A stretch of 64,000 bases of DNA from Trichoplax adhaerens (Eukaryota; Animalia; Placozoa), in NCBI RefSeq assembly GCF_000150275.1, contig NW_002060962.1:186001-250000 (forward strand), read 5' to 3'. Shown here piece by piece: positions 12,497 to 24,133 of the stretch (positions are counted from its first letter, which is position 1; every line of letters starts with the position of its first letter). The position numbers were made by a program, and so were the translations under genes. A model generated the notes under the pieces. That model searched no databases. It worked only from the letters and a program-made list of their open reading frames with translations, and had not been told where the DNA came from.

Positions 12497-13256
12497 CAGC
12501 CGACAGTTTAATGCCGGACAGTAATTTTTACTTCTGTAGGAGCTGTACACTGTACAGTACTGTACAGTTCGGTAGCTCGCCATTCGTATTGAAGTACTCA
12601 AAATTTCGTTCAGCAAATCTCGACTGTAGGTTAAAGATTCATTTGGCAATCGTCGATACTATCTAACTGTTCTGTACTTGAGTAGCCCCACATGCCGTGG
12701 AAGTAAAAGTATAGATCGATAGCGTGTAGCACTGTCCAAGGACTATCGTATAAAAGTATTGGTGACTGCGCCTAGCGTTCAAACTAATCCAAAGATCAGA
12801 AATTGTTTCCCATAAGCAATTTTTGTTTGTTTTTGATACGAAGTAACGCTTTGGCAATGAGCACTAACGATGGGGAGCGAAGTTTGTTGTTATTATATAT
12901 TGAGTTTGAATATATAATTTACTTCAGTTATTATACGATATGAGGTGAATGGCATACAGCATAACCTCCATTTGAGGTTGCCATGGAAATAAGAGAGTAA
13001 GCGCCTGAGACTTTATCCTGTACTGTATACAGTACAGTATGTATTAGTTAGCACTGGATGGAGATCAAGAATGTAAGTGAAGTAATATTGCAACGCACAG
13101 GACGTCTAGTGAAATGAAGGATCGTAAGTTATCATACATGTATTAGAAAGGAAATTAAGATTGCCATAAAATAAAGTAATAAAATCAGTGTCTTTTTGAG
13201 CTACATCCAGTATAAGAAAAAGTGACATTCCAACATCTTTGCTTTTTCCGTTCCTC

Positions 13257-13320
13257 TACAGTAGCATGTACACTAGCACATTGTTCTGTACAGTACAGTA
13301 TTAGTGTACATGCTACTGTA
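13257..13320. repeat. Perfect 19-bp inverted repeat upstream of Ku80
   Basis: TACAGTAGCATGTACACTA (13257-13275) pairs with TAGTGTACATGCTACTGTA (13302-13320). Confidence 0.9.
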
Positions 13321-13726
13321 AAGTAGCGCATGTCAATAGACTGCTTAAAACCAGAGTCCAATTTTCACTATTTGCTATAGGCCTAGCTTTCAAAAGGTTC
13401 AGTTTGCCCAGGCAACTTTTCTGACCATAGGGCATGTCAACACTTGCCCGGCCCAGATGTGGGAGGTCCAACAATGACATGATGACTAACCTAGTAGAAT
13501 TTCCAAGCCAACCGCCAGCATAGCACACAGTATAGGCTTTTACCAGTGTTTTGCTACACAGAATACATATCATGGGATAGACCAGTGTAGGCTTAGTTTA
13601 CAGGTATTAGTACTCTGCTTGCACAGCTCAGTAGCATCGATTGCACATTCTTGCTGCAAAGGTTGCTGTCCACATCTTGGTTCTTGATCGGTTTATTTGT
13701 CATATTGGCTCTAAAAGGATTGAAAA

Positions 13727-16700
13727 ATGGCATATTCAAAGGTAATAGCACGATTTTAAGCATAATAAATCAATTGTTGATTCTGTAGTTTACAGTTATA
13801 ATCGCAATACACACGATGGCTTAGAGGATTGACGAGATCGAGAAGGAGTGATTGCGACCAGCGGATCTGGTCTCAATTTTGCTCGAAATTGCTAATAATG
13901 TTAGCAAGATATTAATGTAATTAAGCTTAAGAAGGCTTATAAGTAGGGATTCTAATAATAATTTTATCTTACATCTTTGTACAGTTTTGGATAGTTGTTC
14001 TTTGTATAATGGAATGTTGTTTTTCTACACTTATCAATCATCATCAGGAAGCTATTGCTATCTGCCTGGATGTAAGCCCTTCTATGTGCTATGCACCTCA
14101 AGGCCATGCTAGCAAATTGGAAACTTCTGTCAATGCGATTAATATGATCGTATCTCGAAAGGTATACATTTAAAAATGGTATTGGTAGAATGCAATAGAA
14201 ACTAAATCAACTCTTATTACTCTATTTTTAGATGTTCTCTCAAGGTCATTTAGCTAATAAGGATGAATTTGCTTTAGTCTTATTTGGAACCCAAGGTAAG
14301 CAATACAGCAATGTAATTCCGACCGGTCTCTTCCCACATAATGGATGCCAGTGACATACTCTATTTTCTATCTTACTCTTGATGAATAAGATACAAAGTA
14401 CTCATGCACTGTCTTACCTATATGCTTAGATTGAGATAATACTAATTGGTAGCTAATGGAGTTCTTGCAAATTGCATGTATGGCGATTTTATCGATAGAG
14501 CTAATCGACGAGATTACTATTACTGTATAAAACTTTGGAAAGCACAACTTGTATTGCAATAGAGTATTAGATACAAATTAAAATTCTACAATACTGTACT
14601 GATTATACTACAGTCGCCTTGAAAGAAAATGAAAACTAATCTACATCTATTTTTGCATTCATATTGTGTTCTATTTAATTACGATTTTCTGTCGTAGCTA
14701 GAAAGAGAATTGACAATTATACTGCCTGTTCTACTAAAAATGCCCTTAGTGTAATCGACATTTTCGTGTATTGCTTAGAGAGTGATAATGATCTATATGA
14801 AGATGGTCAATATGAAAATATTAGTGTGGTTAGACCACTTGGACCACCTGATTTAAATTTTCTACGATACATTCAAACCAACATAGCACCAGGTAAGAAT
14901 AGAAGCCATTCTATTTCAATATTTATCAAATCACGAAGTTACTAGTAATGGTACAAAATTTATTATTACGGTAATATTCAAACTAGATATACATGTTTTA
15001 TTATATTTATAGGAGATGAAGACGCAGATTGTATCCCACAAACGCATGACATATTTGCAACAGTTAGCATCTGTAAAGTTTAGATTAAAAATGAATGTAA
15101 CAGTATTAGGCATACTAAGAATAAATATGGACACGATTGTCTAATAAACACGAGGATATTTGATAATGTCCATTGCAGTCATTACGTTGTTGGTGGTCCT
15201 GCTGTACTTGTGCAACTTTTCTTAACCTTATTCGCTTATTTATAGTCCTGGATTCCATAATAGTTGCTATGGATTTACTTAAAAAGTCAACCAGGTACAA
15301 TAGCACTTTACTTTATCGTAAATGATAAGTACATAGGTAATGATGCTGATGAGCTACAATCTCCGAATTGAAATAGGAGTTGACTATCTGTCTCTTTCAA
15401 TATTGTAATTTACTATATTCCATCATTACATATTTTCTTGTCTATGCTACATGTTATATGACGATATATTAAAATGAGTAAGTTACTTTTTTTAAATACA
15501 GTGGGAAGAAGTTTGGAGACAAGCGAATAATCCTCTTTTCTGACCTCGGTTCCCCATTTGCTGATGACCAAGTAGAAGCAATTACCGAGGGTTTGAAGAC
15601 TTTAGGCATACAGTTGACCGTAATGTGAGAGATATGTATAAATTTATTAAAGTCGTATCATGAAAAATGGACTTTAATATCAAAATATAAAATTATTTTC
15701 TCTAAATTACTGTATTTGCTATATTGTATTCAGAGGCCCTGATATTGACGACGACAACGAAAATGAAGATGACGACGGTGATGATAATGATGATAGCCAG
15801 AATTATACTAATAACGACGGTGCACAGAGTTCTAAATCTCAAAAGAAACATCTTACCTTTCATGGGAAAGAAAAAACTCCTCAGCAGGTAACTTAGAATT
15901 AATGGTAATAACATAAATTACCAATGATATACTGTAAGTATTACAATGGACTATGTGCTCTTTATAACATTGCAGCATAAACTTATCTTAAAATAATCAA
16001 TATTATGGTTTTAGATTGCCGGCGAATCAACACTGAAAAAGATATTAGAAATAGTTGATGGAGATTCTCATTCATTAAGGTCAGTTTATATGGTAGATAA
16101 CTATCAATTAAAAACTGCTCGTAGCTATTGGCTGTCCTATCAATTGTGCGAGCTATTGGCTAACCTTTGTTTCCGATATATATTATATAGGAGTGCGTTG
16201 TCGACCCTTAGCTTTTTTCAAAAGCGGTCAATAAAAATGACCACTGTTTTCCGAGGGCCTCTAGAAATTGGATCGAAACTTAAAATTAATACCTACGCTT
16301 ATATAAAGGTATTATCACATCTAACACCTGAATACAGTACTCTGATTCACAATCATATCATTAAAGTACATGAACTGTACTAGTCATTTTCTGTTTTTCT
16401 GTAATTATGAAAAGGTACGAGAATCTAAACCAGAATCGTGGAAGAAACTATCAGCAATATCCGAGGCGTCAAATCAACCCGGTGATATGAAGGTAAAAAT
16501 TGAAAGATCATATCACTTAAATGATGAAGATGAGACGGAAATTGAAAGAGAAAATTTAGCTAAAGGTTAGTTATATTGTAGTAAATGTTAAGATTAAATA
16601 AGGTAAGACATTTTCAAAGTAATAACTCTGAATGTTCTTATTAACAATTAATTTGTTATATAACACTATAGGCTATAAATATGGTAAAACCATTGTTCCA

Positions 16701-19536
16701 TGGCTCAAAATTGACGAAGAAAGTATGAAGCTAAAGGCTGCTAAATGCTTATCAGTACTTGGATTTACAAAATCTGAAAATGTGTGTGTGACTATGTACC
16801 CATACACTTGAATTCCTTGTCATTGTTAATCTTTTCATCTACAGTTGAAAGTGTTGAACAATTTTTTGTATTCCGCAGGTAAAAAGACATTGGTTAATGG
16901 GAGATGGTGTAGTAGTTTTTATGCCTGCACCAAACGATGAAGTATGTTCATCTTTTTTCATATCTGGTCGTATGATTTGTGTTAAAATGTGTCATTCATG
17001 CTTAAATTTTTAGCCTGCTGGTGTTGCATTTTCGGCCTTGGTTCAAGCTCTATATGAAACTGATAAAGTAGCTGTTGTGCGCTACGTCTATCGTAATAAT
17101 TCTCAGCCGAAACTTGGAATTTTATTTCCCCAAATAAAGGCAACTTATCGGGTAATCAGAAAAGCTAAATTGAGATATATTCTATTTCCATACAGCAACT
17201 GCAACTCGCTGACTTCTTTATACAGTTACAGAATTGTAGATTAAAGTCTTGTAATTATAACAGAGCCTCTTGTTTATCCAACTGCCTTTCATGGAAGACA
17301 TTCGCCAATATACATTTGCTTCGTTAACCACAAATAAGAAAAATGTACCTACAGGTATGTTTATTACTAATGCACAAATATATAAATTTACGATCTATCT
17401 CTCATTTACGTGATGTTCTCTATGCGGAAGATGACTTCTCGTCTACTTTTTACCAGATGATCAGTTGGACCTTGTTGATGATTTAGTAACTTCCATGGAT
17501 TTATCTCGAGCCTATCGGTACAGTATAGACTACATTACATTGCTATTATTTGTAATAGATCTATAGGATAGCGATCGTTGCACTGAAATCAATTGACTAA
17601 AATCGATTTCGCATTAGTGATGACGATGGAGAACTTATCGAAGCCCTTAAGCCTAAGTTGACTTTCAATCCGGTTCTACAACGTTCTTATCAGGTATGTA
17701 CATATAAAATAATACAATTTTTAAAGCAGTTATTCTTGAAAATAAAGTTATTTTGCACTAAACTATGACCGTACCGTTTAAAGTAGCATCCTTAAATTTT
17801 ATGCCTATTTGTTTATTATCTGAAAGTGTATACAACACCGCGCCCTCAATCCTGATGATGCGCTTCCTCGACCTGATCCAGTTATAACGAGGTACTAATT
17901 AAGATTATTTCAACCACAATATAAAATTTCATCTTAAAACATCGGGGTTTCTTTATCTTAATTGTTGCTTCTTAATATACAATTTGACAGGTATTTATCT
18001 CCTAGTCAAGATGTAACGGCAACCTGCGCTTCTCATTTTCAGAAAATAAAAGTTCGTATCGTTTCGCTATTCATTCATCCTTTCTCTGGAATTCTGTAGT
18101 ACTAAATCACTCCATATATTTAGGATTCCTTTGGTATAGTTCACGTACAGAAGAAAAAAAAACGCGACGATGGAACGGCGGCTAGTATATTTAAAGATAA
18201 GTAAGTTGCCAGATGCAAGATGCATATGTTTAAGATCGTGCTGTCAGATAACACACTTGCTGTATTGAATATATTACATGACGTTCAATTTAGTTAGTAT
18301 TTGTCAATTTCAGTATTGACCTCGCATTGGAACTCGATACGTCTTCTAAACGTGCTAAGGATTCCAATAGTACTGCAGATGTTGACTTTAGTATTTCAAG
18401 TTTATCAAAAGAAAATGTGACGGAAGTAAGTGTATCATCCTTATAAGAATGCAAACTAAAAGCTGATATACTAACCTCAATACTAATTTCGTATTTTAAG
18501 GTCGGTACCGTTCAACCAGTGCAAGATTTTAAGGCCATGATAAATCAGAAAGATGAAGATCGATTCGAAGAAGGTACAGATTATCGACCGGTATTAATTT
18601 TGATATTTAGGGTCTTTAAATGCTATATTAAGAATTGGTACCCAATGAACACTTTAGCCTGCAAACAAATGAAAAGTCGCATCTGGCAGCTTGTGATGGA
18701 TTCAATTGGTTCGCAGTTGTTCCCTAAAGCTATGGATTGTTTAAAAGCTTTAAGAGAAGAATGTGTTAGGGTAAGTAATAAATTCTAATATTGCCTTGCA
18801 TACTGTATGTGTTTATATAATTGATAACTATTGGATTCTATTACTGCTATTTAGCTTGGCGAGCCTGCTGTATTTAACCAGTTTTTACAAGATATGAAAG
18901 ATAAACTTTCTAACGCATTTGGAAGAGATTTCTGGTTGCTTGTCGTTGAAGGTTGTGACCGGCTGTATTTACTATAGTTATTACAGAACTTACATGTCGT
19001 AAAGAGATGACTATGAATTGGCTATTGCTTACATTAAAACATACGATAACGTTTCGCTATACAATGATTTTTAAATTATAGGAGAAATTACGTTGATTAG
19101 CGTTCAGGAGTCTTCCGAAAGTGACGTAACTGTTGCTGATGCAAAATCGGTATTTTCACATATTTACTTGTACTATACTGTAACTTATTCACCATAGTTC
19201 TAAATTTAATCATATTCCATCTTTATGCCTTGGAGTTACTATTTACAGAAGTTACTGGAGTGACTAATTTGTTTATGGTTCTGAGTTGTAATCATAATTA
19301 CCGATTGGCTTTCAATTTTAAAATAGTTCCTTAAAAGCACTGACACTAAGGTTGAAGATAACACTAAGGAGACTACTGAAGAGGATGCTGATGATTTGGT
19401 AGGTGAAATTTCGATACCATAATGCCTAAGTGTTCTCTTTAAGGCCAATAGTTAATTAATCTACAACATAATTGTCGCCTACATTCGTGAATTTTTCTAA
19501 AATGTATCTTTGTTTCATTAGTTGGAAATGATGTAA
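13727..19536 (+). CDS. XRCC5: Ku80 / X-ray repair cross-complementing protein 5, more than 20 exons
   Basis: MAYSK|[13 protein letters not shown]..., [14 protein letters not shown]|[75 protein letters not shown] and the C-terminal EEDADDL|LEMM* (TAA 19534-19536) are all colinear with Ku80. Confidence 0.96.
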
Positions 19537-21642
19537 AAAAGCGCTCAACGTGTGAATACGACGAAATTACTTGTTATGAGTTACCTAGAGCAGGAATTGC
19601 ATTGATATCAATTGTACCATTCACCTTTACCATTGCCATTACTAGCTAGTTTTTTACTTAACTACTTTCTAATGTATCATTTTATTAGTAATATTTCAAT
19701 ATCGAAGAGTAAAAAGTCGGATTACTATAGTATTCCGATTTACATTATACTTCTAGCTTGTTATGAGTTATCCTAACATATATTACAAAAACTTGTAATC
19801 TGGAACTGAATTAGTTTTGTAGTTGCAGCTTAACGAATTCTGCTTATACTGTATGGTCATCAAAATCTATTGCTATGTAACATGTAAATGATCGGCAGCA
19901 ATGCATGCATGCCAATATGTAGTTTTTATTATTTCGATAGAACTTCGTTCAAAGTAAGTATTAGGCTGTTTATTGATGTTTTTTCCACTACGTTGAATTG
20001 ATATTTGCTGACGATGGATGGCATGCATATGTTGTAAGATACTACAGTATATTGTACCTAGCACAAACAAACAAATAAAAGAGCTGCCAAGACTTTACTC
20101 CTGTAGTCGTAAAGGCTTATGTTTATGTAAGTACGAATTCTTGACCCAGTGACAATCGAATGATGAAGTAGAATTGTTTCATTACGTTTCTCGTTGTAAT
20201 TCAAGCTGATTTATGCCTAACACTGGACAAGGTATGGACTTTTGCAGCTTAAAGTGAAAATCTAGTCTTAGTACAATTATTTGTCGATCCCTTGACTTCT
20301 TTATACCATCTTGCTATCAAGATACAATACAAAATCTTGTAAACCTATCACGACTAAGATAAGAGATAAATTAACTTTGTAGGGGCTCTATGACTAAATA
20401 CGTATATCATACATGCATAGGTTCATTTTGGATCAAGTAATTCTTATTTGATAATTAGTTATTAGTGAAAAGTTTGTTAAATTAAATAACATAAGCGTAC
20501 ATATATACGCGCATGTTGCGGCTAAAACTATGTTATACGTATGTGATGTATGAATATATAATATACCGGTAATTTATCAGAGAAACATGGCCCACCGCCC
20601 ACGTAATAACTAAATCATTGATAGTCCTATACAACCTGATAATTTAGTATCCGAGAATACCACACAAGCAACTAATTTTCAATGTTACATCACATAAGTC
20701 TATGCAACAATTTCCATCTTGTATTGATATGTGTGTAGAGACAGGAATAGAACTAATAACCTTCAATTGGTAGACACTATGGGTAGATATACGTAAGTTG
20801 TCGTATGTAACTGCACAATATTATATCATATTACGACTTATTTCTATTTGTTAGTCGTATACTATATAATCTATGATATTATATTGATATACATCTATAC
20901 ACATTGCACCTACGTAGTCGCCCAAATAATGCTTCTTTAGGTTTACGAAAATTTTAAATAATTTAACAGTATAGAATTATGTTTAAATTTATTAAAGTTT
21001 ACCTACTTTAAATTGTTTATTATAGAAATAGAAACCAAAACAGTACTGATACTATTATTATTGAATATGCGTATTTAAAATAAAAGGCATTTCAACTAAA
21101 ATTTTAGAGGCATTAGAATTGGTACTATAAAAGAAGAGACTATAGTAACGATATCATTACTACTGTAGCTCTAAGTAATAAAATGCTGGTAAAAATTTTT
21201 AATATAAATTGGAAACTAACGTGTATATACGTTCCTTAAAGCATTATATTGCTTACCAGGTCTGTCGCTACTAATTATCGATGAATGCTTATCTGAGTTA
21301 AATACCCAATTTTTAAAAATACAATATCAATAGAATACTATAAGTATAATAGCTTATGGTACAGTTGACAATGATTAGATGATATTGATATTCTACGATA
21401 CTGTACTCATGTTTGAAAGGCGTCACAGTAAACACCTACGTATCTCTGTATATATTTTCTACCATAGTGCGAGTATATGATGTACAAAGATTAGCATATA
21501 ATTAATTTTTGGTATGAATTCAGTCACGACTGTAATTTAACTTTCTAAATATTTTACTAAAATGCGCATATCTAGATATATTGACAGCTTAATGACACGA
21601 ACATTGCAAAGACTAACACTCGCACGCTAGGGTTAGATACAG

Positions 21643-24133
21643 TTATACCGTCGATGAATTTAAATCGATTGTCATGTTGCAATAACATACAGTCTTATCG
21701 CCTTTCGTCAACAAGAAGTGAAGCTTTTGTGGATCTTCATGATTTTGGAATGTAGTTACTTCAAGTTGTTGGTTTTCTCGACATTGATTTACGTAACAAA
21801 TGTCAAATTCTCTAACACAATTTGGGTTGAAATCATAGGTAAACCCGGTATGATAAGCTGGTGAACGCTTATAAATTGCATTTGCCGCTGTATCAAAGCA
21901 GAAAGTTATATAGCGAGTGTTCGTAATTATATGGTGGTGATCTAAATCGTCATAGCGTGAATAAAAGGTGTGTTTATATGCATCTTTAGGTATTTTTGAT
22001 GGCACATCAACCTATTTGTAAAGCGATAAGATAAAATGAAAAGATAATAATTAGTATAGTATACCTAATTTTAACAAGTTCGTTCACCCGCATTTATTAT
22101 TCATATAAAAAACGACGAGCATCTTATGTCTACTTAATTCTTCTAACTGAGAACACTACTTGCAAGTATCATAATATTGTTAATTATAAATATTAACTAT
22201 TTATTAAAAGACTGATAACATCCTAACCTCATGTGGTTCGAGTTTGTTGCGATACTCTGAAAATGTTTTCTGATGCCAATCAGTAAACGGAACACCTTTA
22301 CCATCTTTCATACTAAAGTTAACGATGTTACTTGCAACGGATATTAATACTTTATCATGTAGTTGGAGATCTGTATTGACAATAAAGGATGACTTGCCTA
22401 AACTGAGTAGCTTCAAATCATGCTTAAGATCTTGAAATTGGCCGATTTTGAATAATTCGGGGTCGATTTTTACCCGATGAGTAAAGATAATTTGTATAGC
22501 ATTTTCAAGAAGATGACCTTTCAAGTAGCCTTGAGCAAGATAACAGTTTAATCGTGAATTGGAAATTGCCTCCTTTACATACTGAAGAATTACATTGTTA
22601 AAGCGATCGCGATGGAAGCCCACTGAGGGAATGTCAGTATAGACACGAATATCTGATTCTGTGTGCATCGGTAATTGCCATTGTGGCAATTCGCCAGCAA
22701 TTTCGCGATCTAAGTCTAGATATCCTTTGCACACAATCTCTTCTCCACATTTACCAATACATAGAATACGATTAAGTTCTGCATTCTCATAAACAGAAAC
22801 ATCAACGGTATCGCCAACAGAAACTTTTCCGGTAACATCTAGGTGTAACTCTTTAATTTGAGCTAAAGAACTCATTCGTGTAGCCACCTGAAATTTTTTT
22901 GACAACATAGCGCTGCGAATGCCGTGTTGGCAGTAACTTAACATCTGAGCCCAATTTACGTTTCGATTTTCATCCAAGTCGCTAGGTCGTACCTCCACGG
23001 ATGATATCATGCATGGTTCGGATGGCAAACCTAATTTTTCTAGATTTATCAAGCTATGTTTAAGGTCATCACGAATTTGAGAGCTACGCAATTCCTCTGT
23101 TACATCATCCGATATTGCGTGCAGTTTATGATCTTGAGTAACTTCAGTCGTGGCTTCAACTTTACATAGCAAGCTTTTATCATCGCCAAGAGTCATTTCA
23201 CATAAGGTCTTGAAGGCATTCTTGTTGAAATTTGTCAGCTTAACCATTGCGTTACCAAGTAAACCATAGTGAAAATTATAAAAATTGGGATCAATCGTCA
23301 TTTTCACTGATTTTAAGAGAGGTTTGGTACCATCTTTAAATAGTCCAAAAGTCTCATTCATAAAACGAGAACTTAAGGCACCAGCAAGATGGCCAGTATT
23401 GGGTACATTGGCCTTGCGATTTTGATCAAAGAAAAAGTTGACGCCAGACAATGAGCCGGGATACTCAGCGGAGGTGGCTGCAGACCGAAGACCGTAAGCA
23501 CTCCATATCGATGGCGTGAGCCTGTTGATTTTGCCTGCAAATTGAGCATCATTCTATGTGTTATTGAGGGTGAGCATCGAAAAGCTTGTTGGGATATTTC
23601 TAGTATTATTGTTAATAAATGGTATAGTACGTGAAGTAAAACGAGCCTGAATATACTGTACTAGTAATTAATTGATTAATCGATTGATTTGAACTTTAAG
23701 TGATATTCTTATTGGTCATCATTACATTATTCAATTGTAAGAAATAAACTATGATGCGTATCATTCTTTTAATTATTATGGTAAAATAACTAACCGTACG
23801 TAGAAGAAACATACTAACATAATGATCTTGTAATAAGAAAATAAAGATAGCGTAATATCAATGACCAACTACTGTACTGTTTACCGTACGTTAGATGTGG
23901 CCTACGTGCAATGAAATTTCGTATAATTTGATATGATACATAGTGTTAACACTGTAAATAGTATTGGTATACTACGGAATAGCATAAGATAATATAACAG
24001 AAGTAAAAAGTAAATATTACTGCTAACAGATGAAGATCATAAAAGGATTTGTTTGATGGTCGAAAATAATCTAACCTCCAGAAAGGCGATAAGAGAATGG
24101 AAGGACGACGGTAGACGCTCGCAACACTTGCAT
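21643..24133 (-). CDS. Tandem acyl-ACP/acyl-CoA thioesterase-like (hot-dog fold) protein, ~577 aa, predicted mitochondrial presequence; exons 24133-24076, 23534-22228, 22011-21643
   Basis: The GT-AG junctions join in frame. Two motifs, VRPSDLDENRNVNWAQMLSY and SRYDDLDHHHIITNTRYITF, resemble the R.sDlD.n.HvNn..Y motif of FatA/FatB-type thioesterases. The N-terminus MQVLRASTVVLPFSYRLSGGKINRLTPSIWSAYGLRSAA is R/S/L-rich and has no acidic residues. Confidence 0.7.

Noticed and set aside
20160-20800. Possible small secreted-protein gene with signal-peptide-like exon
   Set aside because: There is an in-frame TAG after three codons, and no consistent frame runs across the candidate exons.
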